NCBI GenBank assembly: GCA_943788985.1
Contig: CALSSJ010000036.1
Coordinates: 64,001-128,000, forward strand
Source of the DNA: an uncultured Lentisphaerales bacterium
Lineage (GTDB): Bacteria > Verrucomicrobiota > Lentisphaeria > JABSQK01 > UBA12247
DNA length: 64,000 bases
Reading direction: 5' to 3'
The notes under the pieces are model-generated. The model saw only the letters and a program-made list of their open reading frames with translations, ran no database searches and was not told where the DNA came from. Position numbers and translations under genes: made by a program. Shown here piece by piece: positions 13,927 to 24,453 of this stretch; the stretch's first letter is position 1; each line of letters opens with the position of its first letter.

Positions 13927-15232
13927 CTAGATGAACTCGTTGATGAGGTTCTCGAGCATCTCCTGACGACCGCTGGCGATGGCTGGCTCGCCGTTCCCCA
14001 AGGCAAAGGCCTGAAGATCCTCGAAGCTGCACTGGCCTGCCTCAACCTTGGCGCCAATGCCAGCATTGAAGCTGCTGTAGCGGGCGGCGACGAAGTCGGC
14101 CAGACGGCCATCTTCGCGGATGGCGTGGGCGATCTTGAGGCCGCGGGCGAACGCGTCCATGCCGCCGATGTGGGCGTGCATCAGATCGATCGGCTCGTGC
14201 GACTCGCGACGGCGCTTGGCGTCGAAGTTCAAGCCGCCGGTGGTGAAGCCGCCCATCTCGAGGACGGAGAGCATGATCTCGGACGTCAAGTAGATGTCTG
14301 TGGGAAACTGGTCGGTATCCCAGCCGATGAGTTCATCGCCGCGGTTGGCGTCGATGCTACCGAGCATGCCAGCATTGGCAGCCACGGTGAGCTCGTGCTG
14401 CATGGTGTGTCCCGCGAGGGTGGCATGGTTGGTCTCGATGTTCAGCTTGAAGTGATCCATGAGATCGTATTCGCGCAGAAAGTTGAGACAGGCCGCGGAG
14501 TCACTGTCGTACTGGTGGGGTGGACGGTTCACGCGGCTTGGGCTCGATATAGAAGGGGCCGTCGAAGCCGATCTTCTTGGCGTGATCCACGGCCATGTGC
14601 AGGAAGGCACCGAGATGGTCGAGCTCGCGCTTCATGTTCGTATTGAGCAGCGTCGAGTAGCCTTCGCGACCGCCCCAAAAGGTGTAGCCGAGGCCGCCCA
14701 GTTCGTGAGTAGCTTCGAGGGCCTTCTTGACCTGAGCCCCAGCGTAGGCGTAGACGTTGGCGTCGGGAGACGTCGCGGCGCCCTGCGAATACCGGGGATG
14801 GCTGAACAGGCAGGCGGTACCCCAGAGCAGCTTCACGCCGGTCTCGGCTTGTTTCTCTTTGAGCTTGGCCACGACTTGGTCAAGGGCCGCGTTGGAGGCC
14901 GCGAGGTCGCCCAACTCGGGGGCGATGTCGCGGTCGTGAAAGCAGTAGTATTCAATGCCCATTTTGTCGAGGAACTCGAAGAAGACATCGACTCGTTTGA
15001 GGGCGTTGTCGACGGAGTCGCTGCCATCGTCCCAGGGCATCTGAGCCGTGCCCGCGCCGAAGGGATCGGCGAGGCCGTTGCGCATCACGTGCCAGTACGC
15101 ACCGGCGAAGCGCAAGTGCTCCTTCATGGACTTGCCGGCGACGAGTTCGGCTGCGTTGTAGTGCTTGAAGGCGAGCGGGTTCTTGGACGCGGCGCCCTCG
15201 AATTGAATCTTGTCGCAGTCGAAATATGCCAT
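13927..15232 (-). CDS. xylA: Xylose isomerase (class II); one +1 C indel near 14520
   Basis: [42 protein letters not shown]; two ORFs join at ACC(C)CAC. Confidence 0.93.
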
Positions 15233-15347
15233 GGGGACCTCAGATGCTTTGCTGGTGGTATGTCAAAGCCTACGAATGTACTTAGTTTCTCAAAAGATAA
15301 AACCGCATATTGCGTGCATATTCTGTTGATTCGCGTCAAAGTTTTCT

Positions 15348-16527
15348 ATGAGCTACCAGATCGCCATCGTCATGTCGGAAGTGTTTCTCCGGCGGCTCAC
15401 GCCGTCGTTGACGCCGTTTGTGCGACGGGACGTTGACTACCGCATCGTCAGCATTCATCGCCCCACTGAGGAGTTGCATGAGTTGATCCGTGACATTGCG
15501 CCGGATGGGCTGATGACGGAATGGCTGCCGGGAAAGACGGACGCGCTATTGGCCATGGTGCGTGGACATTCCCACAGTGATCGTGGATACGGACTACAGC
15601 TACCCGGGCGCGCTGAGCGTGGATGTGGACGATTTTGGCCGTGGGCCGGGAAGCGGCCCATGCGTTTCGTCAGGCAGGGCTGCGTCACATGGCCTGCTTG
15701 GGCAACGGGCAGCCGTATTCGGAGCAGCGCATTCAGGGCTTTCGGCAGGCGGCTGACAGCGACTCTGCCGTCACCGTGCACAACGAGCGGGGCTTCGAGG
15801 ACACGCGCTACAGTGAGTCCTTTCTGCGCCCCAGTGCGGCTTTGGGCCAGTGGCTGCGGGACTTGCCTAAGCCCATCGGTATCTTTGCGGTGCATGACCC
15901 ACTGGGGCGCTATCTCTGTGGTGCCTGCCAGCAGTTGGGGCTGGGCGTGCCAGACGACGTGTCGGTGATTGGCGCCAATAACGACGAACTCGTCTGCGGT
16001 TTTGACGCATCCCAAGCTCTCCAGCGTCGCAATTCCATGGAACGCCATCGGCGAGACCGCGGGCGCCTGCATGCAGGGCTTGATCACGGGCGAGTTGCGA
16101 TTTCCGCAGAAACCGCGGCTGGTGCCACCCAGCGGCGTGGTCCTGCGCCATTCGGCAAATCACTTTTCCGTGGATGACCCGATGCTGCGCCGGGCGATGG
16201 CCTACTTTTCGGAGCGTCTGCAGGAGCCGATCAACGTGAGTATTCTATGCGACGACCTGCGGATTGCGCGGCGCAGTCTGGAGCGCAAATTCCAGGATCA
16301 TTATCACTGCACGCCCTGGGAAATGCTCTGCCAACTGCGGGTGAATCACGCCAAGCGCCTACTGGCGGAGACCAGTCACTCGGTGGCGCGCGTGGCCGAC
16401 TTATGCGGCTTCAACGATCCGGAGCAGTTCGCGGTGGTCCTTTAAGCGTCTCACGAAGATGCCGCCCTCGCACTACCGTAGACGCCTGTATGCCAACTCG
16501 GTGCGTTCAGCCTCCTCCAGTCAGTAG
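15348..16527 (+). CDS. xylR: XylR-type regulator (periplasmic-binding-like sensor + AraC HTH); about four frameshifts
   Basis: Fragments LPKPIGIFA, VPDDVSVIGANND, RRSLERKF, RVNHAKRLL...CGF; divergent from xylA. Confidence 0.75.
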
Positions 16528-16663
16528 GCCCGATTAGGGAGAAAAAATTAACGAACGAGATTAGGGATCTCGAACTGATTGCTGGGCAGTTGCCCTGGGG
16601 AACGATTTCTGGTTGGTAGTGAGCCCGCCCCATCTTATAACCACGGACGACTGACAACGGACA

Positions 16664-16720
16664 ATGCCCCAACCAAACATCATCCTTATTTTGTGCGCCG
16701 ACCTGGGCTATCAGCGATAA
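16664..16720 (+). pseudogene. Sulfatase N-terminal remnant
   Basis: Translates MPQPNIILILCADLGYQR*, i.e. the PNIILILxDDLGY sulfatase start, then stops. Confidence 0.65.
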
Positions 16721-16858
16721 AATCAACGGGCCCTAAAGTTATGACGTCCAGTGCCACACGTGCGCATGGTAATGTGCAGTAAACTGGTCGTGAAATTTTG
16801 AACGCCAACGGCCCCTCAGTAAGCCCTCTTATCGCCCCCCACAACACCGGAACACCGC

Positions 16859-19526
16859 ATGAAGCTTTCCGCCATCATTTTGCTCGTTTACTCGTTTGCA
16901 GCTCTTTCCCTTCTGGGCGAAGCCAACATCATCTGGATGGACAGGCCCTGCTGGGGACTGGCAACAAGAATGCCTGCCCATCGGCAACGGCCGCATGGGC
17001 TGCATGATCTACGGTGGAATCGAGAAGGAACACATCCAGTTCAACGAAGACACCGTATGGATCGGTGACGAAGAAGACACCGGGTCGTACCAGGCATTCG
17101 GCGATCTCTACCTGGCAATCGGGGGCTCCCCATCAGCACGGCAGCGAATAAGCAATCCAAGCAAACACGCAACGTCACCCTCTGAGGCAATTGCAAAGAC
17201 TGCGGATGGGAACAAAAATACAAAATGGTGCATGGAGCATGAGAACAGAGCCGCCGTCTGGCTGATGGCCCTGGACGGTACCCCAGAGAAGCCATTCCAG
17301 AGCTACTCGTTCACCTCGGCCAACGATGTCCCGAGCCGCGACCCGCAAAAATGGACCTTGGAAGGGTCAAGCGACGGCAAGACCTGGACAATCCTCGACC
17401 GGAAGAACATCGGCGGACCGTTCGAAAGGAGACATCTGACGAAGAGGTTTTCGTTCGATAATGAGACATGCTTCACCTTCTACCGTTTCACGTTTGACCC
17501 GGTCGACAGGTCACATTTCCAGGTCGCAGAGATCACGCTTGCTCACGCCGAATCCGCCGCAGATCCCAACGCCTCCGGCTCATACCGGCGCGAGCTGGAT
17601 ATCGACAAATCCCTGCACAGGATCAAATACGCGAAAGACGGCATCAACTACACGCGTGAATACTTCGCGAGCCACCCCGCCGATGTCCAGGTTTTCCGCC
17701 TGACGGCCGATCAAAAGGGCGCCTACAGCGGTGCCATCTGGCTCAAGGATGCACACAACGGGACCACAACGGCTGAAGGCAACACACTGAGGTTTTCCGG
17801 TCGTCTTTCCGGCAAGTATGGAAAGCCGGAAGAGAACTATGCGATCCAGCTGCAGTACGAAGCACAGGCCGTTGTCATCCATGAAGGCGGATCAATCCAA
17901 GCCACGGACGGAGCGATCGCCTTCAAGGACTGCGACAGCCTGCTTGTCATGCTGAACGGCGGGACCGACTACAACAACCAGCGAGAAAAGGGCTGGAAGC
18001 AGGAACACCCACATGAGCGGATCAGCGAAACACTGGCAAAAGCCTCAAAACGCTCCTTCGATGACCTTCTGCAGGAACATATCGAGGACTACCAGAAGCT
18101 CTATAACCGTGTGACCATCGACTTGGGCACGCCCTCTGACACCGCCCTCAAGGTGCCGACACCGGAGCGAGTTAATCGCTATCGAGGCTCAAGCGCGAAA
18201 CACCAGGGCGGCGTTGCGATGAAGCAGGCGAAGCTGAATCTGAGTGCCGGCACCGGTGACCCAGGCCTGGAGGAGCTGCTCTTCCAGTTTGCGCGTTATC
18301 TGATGATCTCATCGTCACGCCCGGGCTGCCTGCCTGCCAACCTCCAGGGACTCTGGAACCAGAGCAACAGCCCCCCCTGGCGTTCTGACTACCACACGGA
18401 CGTAAACATCCAGATGAACTATTGGTTTGTCGATCAGGCAAACCTGTCAGAGTGCTTTACACCGCTTTCGGAGTGGCTCTGGTCCGTCGTTCCGGTGAAA
18501 CGAGAAGCGACAAAAAAAGCATTTGGCGCCCGAGGCTGGGCCCATCGCGCGGAAAACGGGATTTACGGCGGGGCATCGTTTAAATGGTATCTCGGTGATG
18601 CGGCCTGGCTGATGCAGAATATCTGGGACCATTATGCCTTCACCCAGGACCGGGACTACTTAGAAACCAGGGCATATCCTTTGCTCAAGAATCTGTGTGA
18701 GTTTTGGGAAGATTCCCTCATCGAATGGCCGAATGGCAAGCTGGTCAGCCCCAAGAGCCAGTCCCCGGAACATGGCCCAGAAATGGAGGGCAACTCCTAC
18801 GAGCAGCAGTTGATTTACGACCTCTTCACCAGCTACATCGAAGCCGCAAACGCGCTCGACACCGATCACAACTTCCGCCAGAAAGTTGAATCCATGAGGT
18901 CACGCCTGCTTGGCCCAAGGGTCGGGAAATGGGGCCAGCTGCAGGAATGGGCGGAGGATCGAGACGATCCCAACAATCATCATCGCCACCTGTCGCACCT
19001 GATCGCAGTCCACCCGGGAAGGCAGATCTCGCCACGAACGACCCCAGAACTGGCAGAGGCAGCCAAGGTATCCATGAACGGCCGCGGTGACGGCGCTACC
19101 GGCTGGAGCAAAGCCTGGAAAATCAATATCTGGGCCCGCCTCCACGATGGCAACCGCGCGTACAAATTGCTCAACGAGCAGATCAAGGGCAACTACTACG
19201 GAAACCTGTTTGGCTTCCATCCTCCGTTCCAAATCGACGGCAATTTCGGGTATGCATCGGGACTATGCGAAATGCTGGTCCAGTCCCACATGGGCTTTGT
19301 CCAACTTCTGCCTTCCTTGCCCGATGCCTGGCCCAGCGGAAAAATCACCGGCCTCAAAGCCCGCGGTGGTTTCATTCTCGACATCGAATGGCGAGAGGGA
19401 AAACTGGTCGGATTGACAGTCCAATCCCTCCAGGGCGGCCCCCTGAAGCTGCAATACGGAGACACCGTAAAGGAATTGCAGACAGCAAAAGGCAAGACCT
19501 ATACATTCGAAGGGGCCTTGCAATAG
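16859..19526 (+). CDS. GH95 alpha-L-fucosidase-family glycoside hydrolase with inserted F5/8 (CBM32-like) domain; one indel near 16945
   Basis: Signal peptide, LPIGNGRMG, PANLQGLWN, SPEHG, HRHLSHL, TGWS, PFQIDGNFG; insert FTSANDVPSRDPQKWTLEGS. Confidence 0.92.
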
Positions 19527-19686
19527 GCCAACGACCGAGCGACCGAACAAGGAGGGCTCAAGGACGCCGCCCGCCAACTTCTCGCCACGCTTGGATCTGG
19601 GCGAACCTCTCCTCCCAGTCTCCGTGCATCCGTGGTGAATCCACTCGCGGGCCGACCGAGTCACTGCTATCCCCTCCCGCAATTCG

Positions 19687-20584
19687 TCAGCCCTCGGGGT
19701 CTTCCAGCGGAAGGGCGGCAAGCACGTCGGCGATGACCTGCTTGAGGTCTTTTAGCTCTTCCCTAATCTGATTGCGCTGCGGACCGTGATAGTCGATCTC
19801 GTCTTTGAGGACTTTCTTCAAACTCCGGGTCATGGTCTTGGCGGTAGTGCGGACATGGGTGAGCTCCTTGGGAACGCGCTCAACGTTTGCCGTCACAGCA
19901 ATGGCGCTCTCCAGCCCATCCCGCTTGACCCGATCCACCAATGTGCGCACTTCCTTAGGCGTCGCGTCCTCGACATACGGGAGTATCTCCTCCTGCAGGC
20001 CCTTGTCCAAGCGAATCAGCTCGTTGGCCTGGCTGGCGTTAAGGCTGCCCTCGCTGCGCGCCGCCTTGACGCTGTCCGCAGACAGGTCCTCACGCTTGAT
20101 CGCGGTCTTGATCGCCGCTTTTGAGAGGCCGGTCTTCTCCGCGGTCACGGCGGCAAACGACGTGCGATCCTGTTCTTCCAGCTGCTTCTCTGCCTTCTTT
20201 TCGGCAGGACTCAACTCGCGCGCTTCAATCTCCATCTTGGGCGCCTCCGGGTTCAACAGCTCAAAGATCTCCCGTCCACGGCTGAGGCAGCTCTCCAGCT
20301 CGATCTTGCTCAATGGTTGGCGGATGAGATTCTCATCAATCGAGATCAGCTCTTGCTCAAGCGGATTTTCCTGGCTGATGCGATGGATGGGCACCTCGCT
20401 GACCTCAAGGGCGCGTAAGGCAGAGTAGCGGCGACCACCCGCGATCAATTCATTCGCTTGGTTGATCGTTAGCGGGGTGAATCAGCCCAATCTGTTTGAT
20501 GCTCTCGATTAGGGTGGATACATCGGTGTCAACGCGAAGATACGCACTGTTTACCTGGATTGCGGACAAAGGAATGGTTTCCAA
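19687..20584 (-). CDS. Orphan ParB-like protein (ParB N-terminal domain + HTH); one indel near 20477
   Basis: Reconstructed METIPLSAIQV...LIESIKQIGLIHPLTINQANELIAGGRRYSAL...SIDENLIRQPL; HTH AAVTAEKTGLSKAAI; TTG start with GGAG RBS. Confidence 0.8.
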
Positions 20585-20733
20585 CGAATAACTCCACGAG
20601 ACTTACGGCTTAGCGAAAGGGAAAGAGACAGGAGGATACTGTATTCTGCCTCGCGCGCAAGGGACAGGACGACTCAGTCACTGGCGCTGGAAAGTTGGCC
20701 TCGGGGCGGTGTCTCGCAGAAGGACTGGAGGAA

Positions 20734-20759
20734 ATCGACTCGAGTCGAATCGAGTCGAT
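20734..20759. promoter_or_regulatory. Palindrome made of five TCGAN pentamers (candidate protein-binding site)
   Basis: ATCGACTCGA-GTCGAA-TCGAGTCGAT between divergent ParB-like and GH109 genes. Confidence 0.4.
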
Positions 20760-20868
20760 CCTTTAAAACTCAGCAGGCACGAGAAACGCCTGTTACAAGT
20801 CCCCCCCCATGTTGTAGTGTATGCGAAAACATTGCAGAAACGAATCCCACGGCCCCAAGGAGGGTTCC

Positions 20869-22311
20869 ATGAGCGGAACGAAGCGTTCCAGACGCGACTT
20901 TCTAAAGACGATCGGCGGCGTTGGCACAGGACTGGCCGTGGCGCAATTGGGGGCCGCGGCTCTTCCGCTCCCCTCAAATTCCGCCACGTATCTGGGCGGG
21001 TTTATTGCGCCTAAGCTGGATCTGATCAAGATCGCGATCATTGGCTGCGGCAGCAGAAGCGGCACCCACCAGAATCACCTATCGTCGTTTGAGGGCACCG
21101 AGATTGTCGGTCTCTGCGACCTCTACCCTGATCTCACCGAAAAGGCCAAAGCCACGGTCCTGCGGCGAGGAAAGGGCGAACGCCATCTAGGCGTCAAGCT
21201 CTACAGCGGCGATCCAGACATCTACAAGACGATGCTGGCCGAGACCAAGCCGGACTTGGTGTACGTAGTCACTCCGTGGGCAACCCACGCAGCCATGTGC
21301 ATCGATGCGATGAAAGCCGGGGCCCATGTCTGCTCTGAAGTCCCCCTCACCACTTCACTCGAAGAGTCCTGGAAACTGATCGAGACTGCCGAACGGACGC
21401 AGAAGCATTGCATGATGCTGGAGAATGTGAATTACGGGCGCGAGGAACTGCTCTATCTGAACCTGTGCCGCCAAGGGGTATTGGGCGAGCTATTGCATGG
21501 CGAAGCTGCCTACATTCACGACCTGCGAGGCCAGATGCGTCACGTGGAGCGCGGCCGCGGCACCGGCAGTTGGCGCACCGCTCACTGGGCCCAAGAAAAC
21601 GGCAACCTCTATCCGACTCATGGCCTGGGACCGGTTGCGCAGTACATGAATATCGCGCGCACTGAGGATAATTTTCGCCGCCTGGTGTCCTTTTCTTCTC
21701 CCGCAAGGAATCATGAACTCTATGCGAAGAAGCACCTGAAAGCCGATAGCCCGGTAAACCAGATCAACTTCTCCGCAGGTGGCGATATGAACACCTCGGT
21801 CATCAAGACCATGCTGGGCCGGACGATCATGGTGCAGTGGGACGAGAGCAGCCCACGGCCCTATTCACGCCTCAATCTTATCCAAGGCACGAAAGGAACG
21901 GCGGCAGGCTTCCCTAATCGCATTGCCCTGGACTACGGAAAGGGCGACGGACTGCCAGAGGCCCTGTTCAGCGCGCTAGCTGGCAAGAAGAACCATACCA
22001 ATTCCCATCACTGGCATAATAACCTGGCGGCCTTTTATGCGGCCTACGAGCACCCGCTCTATACCCGGGTGGGCGCAATGGCCAGGAAACTGGGAGGGCA
22101 TGGCGGCATGGATGCCATCATGAACTTCCGCGTCATCGAATGCATCCGCACCGGCCAGCCCCTCGATCAGAACTTATACGAAGGGTGCCTCTGGTCGGCC
22201 GTGACGCCGCTATCGCGAAAATCAGTGGCCGAAGACGGCATGCCGCAGGACTTCCCGGACTTCACCCGCGGAAATTGGAAGACGACGGCTCCGCTGGGGA
22301 TCATTGGATGA
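20869..22311 (+). CDS. GH109 alpha-N-acetylgalactosaminidase-like (Gfo/Idh/MocA family), Tat-exported
   Basis: SRRDFLK Tat motif, MMLENVNY, AAYIH, YPTHGLGP, PRPYSR, GGHGGMD; AAGGAGG RBS. Confidence 0.92.
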   Translation: MSGTKRSRRDFLKTIGGVGTGLAVAQLGAAALPLPSNSATYLGGFIAPKLDLIKIAIIGCGSRSGTHQNHLSSFEGTEIVGLCDLYPDLTEKAKATVLRRGKGERHLGVKLYSGDPDIYKTMLAETKPDLVYVVTPWATHAAMCIDAMKAGAHVCSEVPLTTSLEESWKLIETAERTQKHCMMLENVNYGREELLYLNLCRQGVLGELLHGEAAYIHDLRGQMRHVERGRGTGSWRTAHWAQENGNLYPTHGLGPVAQYMNIARTEDNFRRLVSFSSPARNHELYAKKHLKADSPVNQINFSAGGDMNTSVIKTMLGRTIMVQWDESSPRPYSRLNLIQGTKGTAAGFPNRIALDYGKGDGLPEALFSALAGKKNHTNSHHWHNNLAAFYAAYEHPLYTRVGAMARKLGGHGGMDAIMNFRVIECIRTGQPLDQNLYEGCLWSAVTPLSRKSVAEDGMPQDFPDFTRGNWKTTAPLGIIG

Positions 22312-22445
22312 GAATATCCAACAGCCAACAGGGAGCCGAGCTTGCGAGACGGCCGTCAGGCAATTTCCAATTACCACATGAAGACCGTTGAGTACGTGCT
22401 CCCGGACTTGGACATTGGAAATTTGTTGGCTGTTGGATATTCAAA
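22312..22445. repeat. Palindromic REP/MITE-like element, copy 2
   Basis: Perfect 19-bp terminal IR GAATATCCAACAGCCAACA; interior aligns with the reverse complement of 9556-9672 plus a ~27-bp insert. Confidence 0.85.
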
Positions 22446-22448
22446 CCA

Positions 22449-23020
22449 TCATTGACTGAGCACTGCCTGGCGCGAGCGCAGCCATAGGTCATCAAGCCCA
22501 ACCAGCTTGCCTGTGGTCTGCCCCGTGCAGCGGAAACGCAGGCGAAAGCTGTCGGTGAGGTCGTGTTCACCGGCGCGAAAGACGACGCGCCCGGAGTAGG
22601 TCTGGCCAGCCACGAGGGCATAGTCATAGGCGTGGGTGCGTGCCGTCTCCCAGCCGTTGGCAGTGCGGTACTCTACGAGCAGCTCATCGCCGGGGCAGAC
22701 GGTCTCTGCGCGGAACCGGTAGTCTAGCTCGAGCACAGCGAGGCCGGTAGCGTCAATAGTCTCCTGCCATACATAGGTGCGCTCCGTCTTCGAGAGCTGC
22801 ACCAGGCCCCAGCCGTTATTGCCATCAGCGGTCCAATCCTGCTAGCCAATAAGGCGTACCACATCCACGGGGATGTAGCCGCCCTTTCCTGCGAAGTCCT
22901 CAGCCAAGGCGATCGTTAGCGGTTGGGGCCAGCCAGCTACTGGCGGATCAAGGACCAAGGTATGGTCACCGGCAATCTTCTTGCCGACAAGAGCTGTCGG
23001 CTCGCGCCAGCCTTCACACC
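22449..23020 (-). pseudogene. Degenerate C-terminal fragment of a beta-rich extracellular protein
   Basis: Frame is open from ~23020 apart from one in-frame TAG near 22844; no good start; DELLVEYRTANGWET...FRLRFRC...GLDDL. Confidence 0.4.
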
Positions 23021-23345
23021 AATATGAAGAGCCAATTTAATCTCAGCAAGGCGATCGCACGGGTCTACCACGGAGCCAGGAGAGAGTTCATGTATGATAA
23101 CGAGCAGACGTCAGAGCATGACCTGTTTGTCGATAGCGTCCGCCGCTTAGCCTACATCTTCCTTGCAGCCCAAACTGCGTACGAAGACCATAGCGCTATG
23201 ATGGCGACGATTCACCACAACGTGGCGGAGTTGATCGCGTTCGTGATCTAGGTTGCCTCGCTCGTGTTGCTGGACTTTGTGGTGCAGGACTTTTTCGGCC
23301 CCGCCCCGAGCCCGCATACGCCTGAATGGATCGCAACCGGGCTTT

Positions 23346-24002
23346 TCACAGCCCCGTATCTGACGGCAACAAGTGCCCCTCCAGGTTGGACTCTGCGTCT
23401 AGTCCGCCTGCAAGCGCGGGAACGACTACGATATCCCCGTCCTTGAGCCCCAGCCGGGCATTCCCCGAGACAGGGACGAATGTCTGTGTGCCATCGACAT
23501 TGCGCAGAATGTGCGCAGCGTAAGGATTTGCTCTGCTGGTAAATCCCCCACGCTGGACCAATGTCTCAATGGTAGGCGGACGTTGGGTATGGCGAAAGTG
23601 CATGACTTCTCGCCCTGCCGCGACGGCCTCGCCGCAGACCCAGATTCGGGCGTGTCCAGGCATGACCCGGGCAATCGTGAGAACGTCGCCGGAGCGGATG
23701 CTGCCCGGTGAGTCCATAGTCAGGATACGCACGGTGGCACCCCCAGCTGCATCTCGCGCAAGCTTAATCTGGCGGGTGTCCGCTTCGGGTGCCAGGCCTC
23801 CAGCCAAGTCGACGACTTCTTCGATAGACGTGTAGAATTCATCGGGGAGTTGATGTGCACCTGGAGAGTTGACAGCTCCCAGCACAGTGACTTCGAGCAT
23901 GTCCTGGGCCCGATGAGAAATCTGGTGAGACCGCGTGCGGCAGGAGCTTCCACTCATAAGCAGCAGCAACAGAACAGTAAAATATCCAGCAAATACTTTC
24001 AT
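23346..24002 (-). CDS. SLBB-domain exported protein (probable lipoprotein)
   Basis: Signal ending GSSC; VTVLGAVNSPG...LAGGL and a second WVCGE...GGF...LKDGDIVVVP repeat. Confidence 0.75.
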   Translation of the reverse strand: MKVFAGYFTVLLLLLMSGSSCRTRSHQISHRAQDMLEVTVLGAVNSPGAHQLPDEFYTSIEEVVDLAGGLAPEADTRQIKLARDAAGGATVRILTMDSPGSIRSGDVLTIARVMPGHARIWVCGEAVAAGREVMHFRHTQRPPTIETLVQRGGFTSRANPYAAHILRNVDGTQTFVPVSGNARLGLKDGDIVVVPALAGGLDAESNLEGHLLPSDTGL

Positions 24003-24030
24003 AGCAAACCTTTCGTAGCAGACCTTTCGT
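23988..24030 (-). repeat. Three 14-15 bp tandem repeats over RBS and start codon
   Basis: Minus strand ACGAAAGGTCTGCT ACGAAAGGTTTGCT ATGAAAGTATTTGCT. Confidence 0.75.
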
Positions 24031-24048
24031 GGGTTGGGTTAGCGGCAA

Positions 24049-24434
24049 TCAAGCGAGTCGACTTGCAGCAAGAGAATCTATTGCGGCTTCCCAGTTCTCG
24101 CCATCAAACCCAGAATAGATACACGTGGCTGGTTCGACATTCTGCAGGCAACGTGCATTCACACAGAAACCGTCAGGGTGGGAACGAGGAACGTAAAAGG
24201 ACTTAACGCCAAAAACTCGGCAGAAGCGATGCTGGGCGCAGTAGCAGTGCCAAAGCGATATGTCCCGAGCATGCCACCGCCCTGCAAAAGCCGAAATGCA
24301 TCATGCGGAACGATCACATGCAAAAAGGAGAGGAACCAGCATATTGAACGGTTGCAGATGACAACAGGCAACCGCTCCGGTGCGTCGCACTTGACGTGAA
24401 CTTTGCCGCAGTGGCAGCCGCCGCGAGATAGCAT
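24049..24434 (-). pseudogene. GFA/CENP-V family protein, decayed
   Basis: GGCHCG intact but CNRSIC (for CNCSIC) and FCRVFG (for FCxxCG); frameshift ~24235; C-terminal PRSHPDG...FDGENWE. Confidence 0.8.
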
Positions 24435-24453
24435 GGGACAGTGGGGACGGCGA

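Noticed and set aside
22800..22860. Amber read-through (pyrrolysine) at the in-frame TAG
   Set aside because: The fragment has no proper start, the surrounding DNA is decayed, and no pyl genes are present
23024..23446. Plus-strand short ORFs
   Set aside because: No motif or convincing RBS; one overlaps the SLBB gene; likely spurious
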